DNA from: Bacteroidales bacterium
GTDB taxonomy: Bacteria; Bacteroidota; Bacteroidia; Bacteroidales; Muribaculaceae
Assembly: GCA_900767075.1 (NCBI GenBank)
Contig: CAAFXX010000387.1
Location: forward strand, 1 to 43,178
Direction: 5' to 3'
Length of the DNA stretch: 43,178 nucleotides
Of this stretch, positions 1 to 10,600 are shown piece by piece (within the stretch, counting starts at the first letter, position 1; each line of letters begins with the position of its first letter). Under the pieces are notes generated by a model. The model made no database searches. It worked only from the letters and a program-made list of their open reading frames with translations, and was not told where the DNA came from. A program made the translations under genes and the position numbers.

Positions 1-1
1 C

Positions 2-727
2 GCAAGGCTCCCCGTTCATTTCGCCATCATCATGGACGGCAACGGACGCTGGGCGCGCAAGCGTGCCATGAACCGCAGCGAAGGTCATGCCGAGGGCGTG
101 AACAGCGTGAACCGCATCACCCGGATAGCATCCGATCTCGGAATCAAGTATCTCACTCTTTACGCCTTCTCCACGGAGAACTGGAACCGCCCCCCCGAGG
201 AAGTCGAGGCGCTCATGCACCTCATCGGCTGGACAATCCGCAAGGAAACACCCGAGCTAAAGGCGAACAACGTCAAGATACATCTTCTCGGCGACATAAG
301 CCGTCTGCCGAAGGAGGTGCAGGACAGTCTTGAGGAGGGCAGGCGCGCCACACAGGACTGCACTGGTCTCAACCTCGACCTCTGCCTGAGCTATTCATCG
401 CGCAGCGAGATCACAAACGCCATGCGCGAACTGGCACGCAAGGCTGCCAACGGCGAACTCAACCCCGGAGACATCACGGAGCAGACCGTTGCCGACCATC
501 TCACCACCCACGGCTACCCCGATCCCGACCTCATGATCCGGACGGGCGGAGAGGAACGCATAAGCAATTTCCTGCTCTGGCAGATAGCCTACAGCGAGTT
601 ATATTTCACCCCCGTGCTCTGGCCCGACTTCGACAACAACGAGTTCCTGAAGGCGCTCATCGATTATCAGGACCGGGAGCGGCGCTTCGGAAAGACCTCC
701 GATCAGGTGAAATCCGCAAAACAGTAA
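2..727 (+). CDS. uppS: Undecaprenyl diphosphate synthase (cis-prenyltransferase), 5'-truncated by the window edge
   Basis: The frame is open from base 2 (ARLPVHFAIIMDGNGRWA). It carries the IMDGNGRW, YAFSTENW, PDPDLMIRTGGEERISNFLLWQ and RERRFG motifs and lies upstream of bamA. Confidence 0.97.
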   Translation, partial: ARLPVHFAIIMDGNGRWARKRAMNRSEGHAEGVNSVNRITRIASDLGIKYLTLYAFSTENWNRPPEEVEALMHLIGWTIRKETPELKANNVKIHLLGDISRLPKEVQDSLEEGRRATQDCTGLNLDLCLSYSSRSEITNAMRELARKAANGELNPGDITEQTVADHLTTHGYPDPDLMIRTGGEERISNFLLWQIAYSELYFTPVLWPDFDNNEFLKALIDYQDRERRFGKTSDQVKSAKQ

Positions 728-793
728 CGAATCAAAAACGGACTCTAAAGAATATACAATTCCATTCTAACGAACTTCCGCCATACAAAGAAT

Positions 794-3463
794 ATGAAAC
801 CATTCAAGGCTCTTACAATAGTTTTATTCCTGCTCGTCGCTTCGGGCATAGCCTCGGCACAGGGCACGGCACCGCTGCAGGCGCCTGTCGAGGTGACCGA
901 CACCATTTATAATCCCGACATCATATACTCGCCGATTCCAAAAACCTATGAAATCGCGGGTATGACCGTCACCGGCATTCCCAATGCCGAGGACTACCTC
1001 GTGATAGGATATTCCGGACTTTCGATCGGCGACAGGATAGAAATCCCCGGCGACGCCATCACGCAGGCAGTAAAGCGCTTCTGGCGTCAGGGTCTCTATT
1101 CGAAGGTGCAGATAAACGTCACCAAGATAGCCGGCGACAAGGTCTGGCTCGAATTTGCGCTGCAGGCCCAGCCCCGAATGTCGGAGCTCCGCTTCACGGG
1201 CGTGAAGAACGGCGAGAGGAAAGACCTCGAGACACGCCTCGGAATGGTTTCAGGCCAGCAGCTCACCCCGAACATCGTGGCGCAGGTCAAGAAACTTACA
1301 CTTGAATATTTCGAGAAGAAGGGTTTCAAGAACGCCGACGTGACTGTGGTCCAGGAGCCCGACCTCTCCAAGGAGAACCAGGTGTTCCTCAATGTCAATG
1401 TAATCAAGAACAACAAGGTAAAGGTGCACAAGATATATATCGACGGCAACGAGATGCTGTCGGACGGCAAGCTCAAGCGCACCATGAAGAAGACCAACGA
1501 GAACGGCAACATCCTGAATCTCTTCAAGCAGAAGAAGTTTGTCGACACCGATTTCGCCGACGACCGTCAGCGCATCATCGACAAATATAACGAGCTCGGT
1601 TACCGCGATGCCAAGATCACCCACGACAGCGTGGCGAAATACGACGACAAGGCCGTCGACGTCTTCCTGACCATCGACGAGGGCAAGAAATACTACATCA
1701 GCGACATCTCATGGGTGGGAAATACAATCTACCCGACCGATGTGCTCCAGAACGTGCTCGGCATGTATCCTGGCGAAGTATACAACCAAAAGCTGCTCAA
1801 CAAGCGCACGATGGAGGACGAGGACGGCGTCAACAGCCTCTATCTCGACAACGGCTACCTCTTCTTCAACCTCGTGCCCATCGAGGAGAAGGTCGAGGGC
1901 GACAGCGTGGCATTGCAGATGCGAATCATCGAGGGTCCGCAGGCAAAGGTCAACAAGGTTGTGATCAACGGCAACGATCAGCTTTATGAAAAGGTGCTCC
2001 GTCGCCAGCTGCGCGTGCGCCCCGGCGAGCTCTTCTCGAAGCGCGACCTGATGGCGTCATACCGCGAGATCGCCGCTTCCGGTCATTTCAACCCCGAGAC
2101 AATCGACATCCAGACCGAGCCCAACGAGGATAACGGCACCGTCGACCTTACCTTCAACCTCGAGTCAAAGCCAAACGACAAGGTGCAGCTCTCGTTCGGC
2201 TGGGGACAGACGGGCATCACAGGACAGGTGGCGTTCCAGTTCAGCAACTTCTCAATGAAAAACCTCTTTAATCCGAGTTCATACCGCGGCATCATCCCGC
2301 GCGGCGACGGCCAGACATTCTCCATCTCCGCCCAGACCAACGCAAAATATTACCAGAGCTACAATATATCGTTCATGGACCCGTGGCTCGGCGGCTCGCG
2401 CCCCAACTCTCTTTCAGTGTCGCTCGACTATTCACGCTCCACAGGCATCAACAACGCCTTCTACGGCAATGCTTGGCAGAACGCATGGCAGTATTCCTAC
2501 TGGAACACCACCACACAGAACACCAACTGGAACCAATATGCCATCCAGAATGCCTACGACCCCAACAAGGTGCTCCAGATGGCAGGGGTCAGCATAGGTT
2601 TCGGCACACGCCTCACATGGCCCGACGACTACTTCAAGTTCATGGCGTCCCTTTCATACCGCTGGTATTACCTCAAGAACTGGTATTACCTGTCGTACAT
2701 GATGGAGAACGGCTCGTCAAATTCTCTGGCACTCACGCTCTCCCTCTCTCGTGAAAGTATCGACAACCCCATCTACCCGCGCCGCGGCTCATCATTCTCA
2801 GTCGACTTCACCCTGACACCCCCGGCATCCCTCTTCGGCAAGCGCGACTGGAAGAAACTTTCGGAGATGATCTCAGTCAACAATGAAGACCAGCGTCAGC
2901 GCGACTGGGCGAGCCAGCGCATGTTCCGATGGATCGAATACTGGAAACTCCGCTTCAAGAGCAAGACCTACACCCCGCTCACCGACCCCGACGGCAACTG
3001 GACCCTCGTAATGATGACCCGCGCCGATTTCGGTCTTCTCGGTTCATTCAACAAATATATCAAGACACCCTTCGAAACCTTCTACTTCGGCGGTGACGGC
3101 ATGACCGGCAGCTATACCTATGCGACTGAAACCATCGCGATGCGCGGTTACGAGAACGGTCAGTTCACCCCTTCATATTATGAAGGCTACGCCTACGGCA
3201 AGTTCACGATGGAACTTCACTTCCCGTTCCTGCTGCAGCCGTCGACAACCATCTACGCCATTGCTTTCGCCGAAGCGGGCAACTGCTGGCGCAGCGTAAG
3301 CGAATTCTCGCCGTTCAACCTTAAGCGAAGCGCCGGCGTCGGTGCCCGCGTCTACCTCTCGGTGCTCGGATTCCTCGGCATCGACTGGGCTTACGGTTTC
3401 GACAAGGTGTGGGGACGCCGCGGCGGAAGCCAGATCCACTTCATCCTCGGTCAGGAGTTCTAA
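794..3463 (+). CDS. bamA: Outer membrane protein assembly factor BamA
   Basis: 889 aa with a signal peptide, POTRA-like repeats, a loop-6 MRGY motif and a C-terminal beta-signal (HFILGQEF). Context is uppS-bamA-skp. Confidence 0.96.
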   Translation: MKPFKALTIVLFLLVASGIASAQGTAPLQAPVEVTDTIYNPDIIYSPIPKTYEIAGMTVTGIPNAEDYLVIGYSGLSIGDRIEIPGDAITQAVKRFWRQGLYSKVQINVTKIAGDKVWLEFALQAQPRMSELRFTGVKNGERKDLETRLGMVSGQQLTPNIVAQVKKLTLEYFEKKGFKNADVTVVQEPDLSKENQVFLNVNVIKNNKVKVHKIYIDGNEMLSDGKLKRTMKKTNENGNILNLFKQKKFVDTDFADDRQRIIDKYNELGYRDAKITHDSVAKYDDKAVDVFLTIDEGKKYYISDISWVGNTIYPTDVLQNVLGMYPGEVYNQKLLNKRTMEDEDGVNSLYLDNGYLFFNLVPIEEKVEGDSVALQMRIIEGPQAKVNKVVINGNDQLYEKVLRRQLRVRPGELFSKRDLMASYREIAASGHFNPETIDIQTEPNEDNGTVDLTFNLESKPNDKVQLSFGWGQTGITGQVAFQFSNFSMKNLFNPSSYRGIIPRGDGQTFSISAQTNAKYYQSYNISFMDPWLGGSRPNSLSVSLDYSRSTGINNAFYGNAWQNAWQYSYWNTTTQNTNWNQYAIQNAYDPNKVLQMAGVSIGFGTRLTWPDDYFKFMASLSYRWYYLKNWYYLSYMMENGSSNSLALTLSLSRESIDNPIYPRRGSSFSVDFTLTPPASLFGKRDWKKLSEMISVNNEDQRQRDWASQRMFRWIEYWKLRFKSKTYTPLTDPDGNWTLVMMTRADFGLLGSFNKYIKTPFETFYFGGDGMTGSYTYATETIAMRGYENGQFTPSYYEGYAYGKFTMELHFPFLLQPSTTIYAIAFAEAGNCWRSVSEFSPFNLKRSAGVGARVYLSVLGFLGIDWAYGFDKVWGRRGGSQIHFILGQEF

Positions 3464-3616
3464 CGCATAAGGAATTTATGACGGCATGAAGGGATATGAT
3501 GACCTATTGATAAATATTAAGTTTTAATTAGAAAATTTAGTATAAACTTTCAGGCACTTCATATGTCTTTATCTATAAAGATTAATAACAATCTGTAAGA
3601 CCAAAACAAAAACGAC

Positions 3617-4132
3617 ATGAAAAAGATACTCCTTACTATCGCCATCATAGCCGGCGCCGCTTTCGGACTGAGCGCCCAGAAATTCGCCCTTGTCGACATG
3701 GAATACATTCTCCGCAATGTTCCCGCATATGAAATGGCGAACGAACAGCTCAACCAGGTTTCACAACGCTGGGAAAAAGAAGTGAACGAAGTCTCGAAAG
3801 AGGCCGAGACGATGTACAAGAACTATCAGTCGGACATGGTTTTCCTCACCGACGAGCAGAAAAAGAAACGCGAGGAGGAAATAGTTGCCAAGGAGAAAGA
3901 GGCGACCGACCTCAGATATAAATATTTCGGTCCCGAGGGTGAGCTTTACAAAAAGCGCCAGAGTCTTGTCAAGCCGATCCAGGAAGATGTCTACAATGCC
4001 GTGAAGGCAGTCGCCGAAGAGAAGGGATATCAGACCATCTTCGACCGGGCAAGCTCGCAAAGCATCGTTTTCGCCTCGCCGAGAATCGACGTGAGCAACG
4101 AAGTCCTCGCCAAGCTCGGTTATTCCAAATAA
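3617..4132 (+). CDS. skp: Skp/OmpH periplasmic chaperone (copy 1)
   Basis: Signal peptide, KFALVDMEYIL N-terminus, coiled-coil body and IDVSNEVLAKLG end; directly downstream of bamA. Confidence 0.93.
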   Translation: MKKILLTIAIIAGAAFGLSAQKFALVDMEYILRNVPAYEMANEQLNQVSQRWEKEVNEVSKEAETMYKNYQSDMVFLTDEQKKKREEEIVAKEKEATDLRYKYFGPEGELYKKRQSLVKPIQEDVYNAVKAVAEEKGYQTIFDRASSQSIVFASPRIDVSNEVLAKLGYSK

Positions 4133-4146
4133 CTACATGGCATTTA

Positions 4147-4177
4147 TTTGTAAATTCAAAGATATTCGCTAATTTTG
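4147..4177 (+). promoter_or_regulatory. Bacteroidetes primary-sigma promoter for the second skp
   Basis: Perfect TTTG (4147-4150), 19-nt spacer, TAATTTTG (4170-4177), matching the -33/-7 consensus TTTG-N19-21-TAnnTTTG. Confidence 0.85.
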
Positions 4178-4258
4178 CACTTTGAACCATAACGGTGTCA
4201 TTCATCGCACCGGTCACAAAAGAAAATCTTCAAAAGCATTTAATAACTTAACACTAAA

Positions 4259-4768
4259 ATGATAAAGAAAATCTTACTCGCCGCAGCCATCCTTCTCCCC
4301 GCGATGTTCGCTTCGGCACAGACAGTGAAAATCGGTCTTGTTGACACCAACGCAGTCATAGCAGCGATGCCCGAGACAACAGCGGCTCAGACAAAACTTG
4401 CCGAATCCACCAAGAAATACGAGGATGAATATGCTAAGCTCGGCGAGGAAATGAAGAGAATGTACGATGAGCTCAACAACATGAAGAGCGACGAGCTTCA
4501 GGCAATCAAGGACCGCAAGACCCGCGAGTTCACCGACTATCAGCAGAAGATGCAGACATTCGAGCAGACCGCAGCCCAGGATCTCCAGAAGATGCAGCAG
4601 GAACTCATGGCTCCGATCGTGCAGAAAGTGCAGCAGGCAATCACATCTGTCGGTCAGGAAGGCGGTTACAGCCTCATCCAGGACGCCAATCCCCAGATCG
4701 TGCTTTTCCACGCTTCTCCGGTTGTCGACGTCACCGCTGACGTGAAGGCAAAACTCGGCATCAAATAA
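4259..4768 (+). CDS. skp: Skp/OmpH periplasmic chaperone (copy 2)
   Basis: Signal peptide, KIGLVDT N-terminus, coiled coil and DVTADVKAKLGI end. Confidence 0.93.
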   Translation: MIKKILLAAAILLPAMFASAQTVKIGLVDTNAVIAAMPETTAAQTKLAESTKKYEDEYAKLGEEMKRMYDELNNMKSDELQAIKDRKTREFTDYQQKMQTFEQTAAQDLQKMQQELMAPIVQKVQQAITSVGQEGGYSLIQDANPQIVLFHASPVVDVTADVKAKLGIK

Positions 4769-4795
4769 GCATATAATTCTTCAACATTCATTTTA

Positions 4796-4827
4796 GGACG
4801 CGGAGCCCCCGAGGGGATTCCGCGTTC
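4796..4827 (+). terminator. GC-rich stem-loop between skp2 and murI (weak terminator or mRNA-stabilising hairpin)
   Basis: GGACGCGGAG...TTCCGCGTTC stem plus CCCC/GGGG pairing; poor U-tail. Confidence 0.5.
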
Positions 4828-4847
4828 ATTACTTAGAACCACCTGCA

Positions 4848-5693
4848 TTGGAAAATATCACCGGGCAAATCCCCGAGCCGGGGCAAATAGGCATCTTCGA
4901 TTCCGGCTACGGCGGCCTCACCATCCTAAAGGGAATACGGCACACGCTCCCGCAATATGATTACCTGTATCTCGGCGACAACGCCCGAGCCCCCTACGGC
5001 ACCCGCAGTTTCGACGTCGTCTACGACTTCACGCTTCAGGCGGTCGAGGAGCTCTTCGCCCGGGGCTGCCACCTCGTGATCTTAGGCTGCAATACGGCTT
5101 CCGCAAAGGCTTTAAGGTCGATTCAGCAGAAAGTGCTCCCCGTTAAATATCCCGGGCGGCGCGTGCTCGGCGTAATCATTCCTACCGTCGAGGTTCTCGG
5201 CGACGTGTCGCAGTCGCGTCATGTCGGAATCTTCGCAACACCGGGCACGGTGACAAGCCGCTCCTACACCCTTGAGATCGCAAAGCGCAATCCGGACATG
5301 CAAGTCACCGAACTTGCATGCCCCATGTTTGTTCCTCTTGTAGAGACAGGAGAAGCCGCCCATCCCGGAGCAGACTATTTTGTGAAGAAATATATGGATA
5401 CGATAATGGAAAGCGACCCATTGATCGATACCATTGTGCTCGGCTGCACGCATTATCCGATCCTGCTTCCCAAAATCAGGCGATACGCTCCGGCGGGAAC
5501 ACGCATACTGTGCCAGGGAGAGCTCGTGGGTGAAAGCCTGGCCGACTATATGCGGCGCCATCCGGAAATGGAAGCCAGATGCACACGCGGAGGAACGACA
5601 GAATTTCTTACCACCGAAAGTGCCGACAAGTTCAACTCCCTCGCCGCCCTTTTCCTCGACTCCCCGGTTCATTCGGAGCGCATCACGCTCTGA
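4848..5693 (+). CDS. murI: Glutamate racemase
   Basis: IGIFDSGYGGLT, LGCNTAS and LGCTHYP catalytic motifs; TTG start. Confidence 0.96.
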   Translation: MENITGQIPEPGQIGIFDSGYGGLTILKGIRHTLPQYDYLYLGDNARAPYGTRSFDVVYDFTLQAVEELFARGCHLVILGCNTASAKALRSIQQKVLPVKYPGRRVLGVIIPTVEVLGDVSQSRHVGIFATPGTVTSRSYTLEIAKRNPDMQVTELACPMFVPLVETGEAAHPGADYFVKKYMDTIMESDPLIDTIVLGCTHYPILLPKIRRYAPAGTRILCQGELVGESLADYMRRHPEMEARCTRGGTTEFLTTESADKFNSLAALFLDSPVHSERITL

Positions 5694-5738
5694 ACCGCGA
5701 CTTCCCTTTTTATAATTTCCCTCCTAATCACAACCTGT

Positions 5739-6011
5739 ATGAATTCAATCGAAACACTGAAAACAAATATCAAGGATCTCGAACCGTCAGCTGCCATAGC
5801 CGTCATCGACGAATATCTGAAGACCAATCCCGACAGCGACGAAGCCCTGACCCTTCGAGGCCTGAGGCACTGGAGCGCCGGCGACCGCGCCGAAGCAATC
5901 AACGACTACCTCGCGGCAATCCGACTCAACCCCGGGAGTCCGGCACGCGAGGCATTGCGCGCGGTCAATGAAATACTCGATTACCGCAACAAGGACCTGT
6001 ATAATCCCTGA
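5739..6011 (+). CDS. Small tetratricopeptide-repeat protein
   Basis: 90 aa with TPR pattern (ALTLRG...GDRAEAINDYLAAIRLNP) and C-terminal KDLYNP. Confidence 0.8.
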   Translation: MNSIETLKTNIKDLEPSAAIAVIDEYLKTNPDSDEALTLRGLRHWSAGDRAEAINDYLAAIRLNPGSPAREALRAVNEILDYRNKDLYNP

Positions 6012-6022
6012 ACCTTGTAGTA

Positions 6023-6505
6023 TCAGTGGGTTTCCCAGGGGAAAAGCATTTTTCTCTCCTCACCGCGTGGACTTCCCGACGTGACGGCGGATGCGGAGTA
6101 ACCGTAAGAATTTGAGAAAGAATCATTGTAAAGCATCAGCGGTCGCTCGAAACTCCAGCCACGCGACACGTTGCGCACATAAAGGCTTGCAAGACCGCGC
6201 ACTCCGCGCGCATGACGCCGCAATTCCCCGAACAGTTCGGTAAGATCATTCACACTCGCTATCATGAACTCAACAATCGTACGGCCGTGCATCACGACGC
6301 GTGCAAAGATACGGTCGCCGTATTTGATGTGTTTTCCTGTTCCCGACGGCGTCACAAAGCGTTTCTCCGTATCCGGGAATGACCGTCGGATGCCGGGCAC
6401 AGGATTGTAACGCGCTCCCGTAGAGCAATATCCTGCGGTTTCAGAATATCCGAGACCGTTCCTTCCGGCAGTCCGTGTGTCAAATTTGTTCTCAATGGCA
6501 GTCAT
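6023..6505 (-). CDS. Hypothetical protein
   Basis: 160-aa ORF fills the gap, with an A-rich translation-initiation region and a minus-strand TAATTTTG element at 6529-6536. Confidence 0.75.
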   Translation of the reverse strand: MTAIENKFDTRTAGRNGLGYSETAGYCSTGARYNPVPGIRRSFPDTEKRFVTPSGTGKHIKYGDRIFARVVMHGRTIVEFMIASVNDLTELFGELRRHARGVRGLASLYVRNVSRGWSFERPLMLYNDSFSNSYGYSASAVTSGSPRGEERKMLFPWETH

Positions 6506-6528
6506 AATCCTTATTTTTATGTCTGATG

Positions 6529-6536
6529 CAAAATTA
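6529..6536 (-). promoter_or_regulatory. -7 promoter element (TAATTTTG) for the 6023-6505 gene
   Basis: CAAAATTA on + strand; no canonical -33 element at the expected spacing. Confidence 0.55.
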
Positions 6537-6670
6537 CGGCGTTACAATGCCACTTATTTGCAGTCAAATGTTAAAATAAACAAATAAGGAGACGCGTGAC
6601 GCGCTTATTCGTTATAAAATTGAACAGGAGATTTACAAGCGAAAATTAATAACCCAAAAACATAGGAATT

Positions 6671-7441
6671 ATGAATTTCAAATCATTGTCTATAAAGGCG
6701 CTCGTCGTGGCGCTTTGCGCGGGCACCGTGCTTCCTTTCACAGGATGCTCGTCAATCAAGAATACATGGAACGGCATGTCGCAGACGGGTCAGGGCGCCA
6801 CCGCCGGCGGCACGATCGGAGCTGCAGTCGGGACAGGAGTCGGAGCACTCATAGGCGGCGGCAAGGGCACCTGGATCGGAGCTTTGGTCGGGGGCGCCCT
6901 CGGAGCCGGGACAGGGGCCTTGGTCGGCAACCATATGGACAAACAGAAAAAGGAACTTGAAGAGCAGCTGGCTCAGGTGAAGGAACTGAAATCCAAGACA
7001 GACACCACCTATATCGTCGAAACCGTGAAGGACAGCAACAACCTTGACGCCATCAAGCTCGTGATGGGAAATGCCATCCTCTTCCCGACAGGATCCTATA
7101 AGCTGTCGGCAGCTGCCGAAGCCGCACTCTCTAAGGTGGCATACAATCTTCAGCAATTCCCGGAAACCGACATCACCGTAGTGGGATATACCGATAATAC
7201 CGGTTCGGAAGCCGTGAACGACAAACTTTCGAAAGAACGCGCACAAAGCGTGATGGACTATCTTATCTCCAAGGGTGTGGCGGCATCGCGCCTGCAGGCA
7301 GTCGGCAAAGGCTGGAACGACCCCATTGCGTCGAACGCAACCGCCGAGGGGCGCGCCCAGAACCGTCGTGTAGAGCTGTTCATATATGCCTCGAAGCAAA
7401 TGATACAAAACGCCGAGAAACAGCAGAATAACGCGAATTAA
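6671..7441 (+). CDS. OmpA-family peptidoglycan-binding lipoprotein with glycine zipper
   Basis: Lipobox-like FTGC, glycine-zipper repeats, and OmpA C-terminal motifs GYTDNTG, LSKERAQSV and GRAQNRRVE. Confidence 0.92.
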   Translation: MNFKSLSIKALVVALCAGTVLPFTGCSSIKNTWNGMSQTGQGATAGGTIGAAVGTGVGALIGGGKGTWIGALVGGALGAGTGALVGNHMDKQKKELEEQLAQVKELKSKTDTTYIVETVKDSNNLDAIKLVMGNAILFPTGSYKLSAAAEAALSKVAYNLQQFPETDITVVGYTDNTGSEAVNDKLSKERAQSVMDYLISKGVAASRLQAVGKGWNDPIASNATAEGRAQNRRVELFIYASKQMIQNAEKQQNNAN

Positions 7442-7536
7442 AGAGCTTTGTTTAAATCGTTTGAAGCCTTTCCCGAAAAGATTCTAAAGAAAAAGAATCT
7501 AAAAATTATACAATAAAAGATTTTTTTACTAAATTT

Positions 7537-7567
7537 ACGTCGTAATTAATCGATTACGACGTTTTTT
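7537..7567 (+). terminator. Intrinsic terminator downstream of the OmpA gene
   Basis: ACGTCGTAAT / ATTACGACGT perfect 10-bp stem followed by a T run. Confidence 0.75.
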
Positions 7568-7645
7568 GCGTTTAACAGCGAATCTCTTCTCGTGGTAACC
7601 TTAAAACCGTCTGTATAACAAATCTATCTACAGAAATCAGTTGTC

Positions 7646-7653
7646 TATCTTTG
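7646..7653 (+). promoter_or_regulatory. -7 promoter element (TATCTTTG)
   Basis: Exact TAnnTTTG 26 nt upstream of ATG 7680, which supports 7680 rather than 7641 as the start. Confidence 0.6.
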
Positions 7654-7679
7654 CAACTTCAAGTAACACTCTAAAATAT

Positions 7680-10600
7680 ATGAAACGAATTCACTTAATC
7701 TTAGCCTCGATCACGGCTTTATTCGCGGCGTCGGCTACGGCTGCCGACGTAGAACCGCCCAGGATCACTGATCTTCATGGGCTTTATCACAAGCTTTCCG
7801 ACAACGGAAAATGGGCCGTCAGCGAGAAAGGAAGCGAGACCGACGGTTCGATTGAACCGTCAGGCGGCACGCTTATCAATCTTGAGACGATGACCACCAT
7901 CGACCTGCCTGCCGCCGACGGTGTGGCAAGAGTCGGCGACGTAACAGACAACGGTTCCGTAGTCGGAATGCATGCCTTTAAACCCGCCTTCTGGAGCAGT
8001 GCCGAAGGATGGGTGGAACTTCCCACCCCAAAAGGATTCAGGAGTGGCTATCTCTCCAGCGTCACACCCGATGGAAAATTGGCAGTCGGCTATGTGACCG
8101 ACGACACCAACATCTATCAGGACTCACCGGTTCTCTACGATCTCGAGAAACGCGTTGCCGTGGATATGCCCAATCTGCCGACCCTCGACATGAATCATGA
8201 GAACATGCACCAGATGAGGGCTGTCGAGATATCGTCCGACGGACGATACATTCTCTGCAACATGTCGTTCAGCTACGTTATGCCCACCCATCTCTGCAGC
8301 TTCGTGTATGACCGCGAGAATTCTTCATATAAAATGATCGGTTTTACGGAAGACGACAAAAATCCCTGGAAACCGGACGTAGAAAACGTACTTTACGTCG
8401 ACTCTCCCTGTATGAGCACCAACGGTCAATGGATCGGAGGCTCCGCTTACATAGTCGAGCCGGCACAGGGCTCCGAATTCGGGAATGAATATACGGCGGC
8501 ATTCCGCTATGAAGTGGCTACAGGAAAATTTGAAGTGTTCAGCAAGGCAGGTGAGTCAGACCATATGGGCTGTCTCATTCTCAATGACGGGACTCTCATC
8601 ACCGGCAACCCGGCAGTCAATCCCTACAGATTCGCCAATATACGCTACGGCGACTATTACATTCCCCTCGAAAACATCCTCAGACAGATTTACGGCATCA
8701 ACTTCGAGGCCACAACAGGATTCCAGAACACAGGAACCGCTTATTACGCATCGGCCGACGGCCTTACAATGATTTTCGGTCCGAATCCCGAAAACTCCTA
8801 TGTAATCCGATTCAATGAACCTGTAGCCGATGCAGCCTCCAAGGTGAACCTTCTCTCGAGTTATACCGTGAATCCTCCGCAAAACTCCATCATGACGCGC
8901 CTCGGCTCATTCACCATCACTTTTGACCGTGATGTTGAAATCAACGGAAGCGCCTCGGCGATCAAGTGCCTTAAAGAAGACGGCACAGACACCGGATGGA
9001 CGCCTCTTTCGAGCGGCGGATGGATCGCCGACGGGCATCGCGTAACACTCGCATACCGCGGACGCGACCTCGAGGAAGGACAGAAATACACCATAACCAT
9101 ACCGGAGGGGCGCATCCGTATCAAAGGCGACAACCGGAAGGTATCGCCCGAAATAAAGATCAGTTTCACAGGTCGTGCTAACGAGCCTGTGAAAATCACC
9201 GCGGCAAATCCGGAGGACGGGGCTTCGGTAGCAGGCTTCGACCTCACCACCAACCCGCTCCTGCTCACCTTCAACGCCAACCTAAAGCTTACCGAAGGAG
9301 CGAAAGGTTATCTCTGGCGCACCGGGGAAGACTCCCCCTTCTGCGACATGACCCTCCTCTGCGCCAATAACCAGATGCTCGCATATCCTATCTCGGCACA
9401 GCACCTCTACAACGGCACCGAATACAAAGTGGTGATTCCGGCAGGATCTGTAACAGACATTTCCGGCGCCGGCGCAAACGAGGAGATAACCCTCACCTAT
9501 AAAGGTTCATACGTGCGTGTACTCTCACCTGACGATAAATATATCTTCAAGTCGGACTGCAGCGATTTAGACGATTTCATCTTCTACGACGGCGACAAGC
9601 TGCAGCCTGCCAACTCCATTGCGGCGATGGGATTCACAAAAGACACTCCCTGGTGGTTCGTACGCGAATCCGAGACGAGCACCGATATGGCTCTCGCGGC
9701 ACACTCGATGTTCGCGAACGGAGGCACCTCCGACGACTGGATGTCGACTCCCCAGCTCTTTATCCCCGACGCCGACTGCTATCTGACATTCGATGCCCAG
9801 AGCTATCTCAACAGCAAGACCGATTACCTGAAGGTATATGTATATGCGAATTCGGATGTCTACAACACATTCAACAAATCAATTGTCGACAAAATCCTCG
9901 CCGAGGGCACACTCGTCTTCAACGACCGACTCTCGCCGGGCTCCAGCGAAGAGAATCTCTCAGGCGACTGGCGCAATGTAAATATCCCTCTCGGTGATTT
10001 CGCCGGCAAGGATGTATATATTGCCTTCGTGAACAACAACACCGACGGTTCGATGGTTATCATCGACAATATCAACGTAATACACGACCTGCGGTTCCTC
10101 ACCACGTTCCTCCACAACGACCGCGTGGTGGCTAAGGAAAGTGCCGACATTCAGGGTGTGATAACAATCACCTCCGAAATCGACAGATATAAAAACATAT
10201 CTCTCGTGCTGAAGGACGGCGAGGGCAAAGAGCTCGACCGCATAGAAGAAACCGGCATCGACCTTGCCAAGGGCTCCACATATCCATTCACATTCGGGCA
10301 TCAGCTCCCGCTCACTATAGGCGAGGCGACTCCATATTCGGTAGAAATCACTCTCGATGACTACAAGTCGACTGTCAACGGCACCATACGCTGCCTGAGT
10401 TTCCAGCCCGCTAAAAATGTCGTGCTCGAAGAATTCTCAGGTCGTGAATGCCCGAATTGTCCTCTCGGCATAATCGCCGCAGAGAATCTCGAGAAAATCT
10501 ACGGCGACGCCGTCATTCCCATCGTGCTTCGCACATATCAGTCAGACCCGCTCGGAAACGGCATGGGCAGCTATACCTCGTTCCTCGGACTTTCGGCAGC

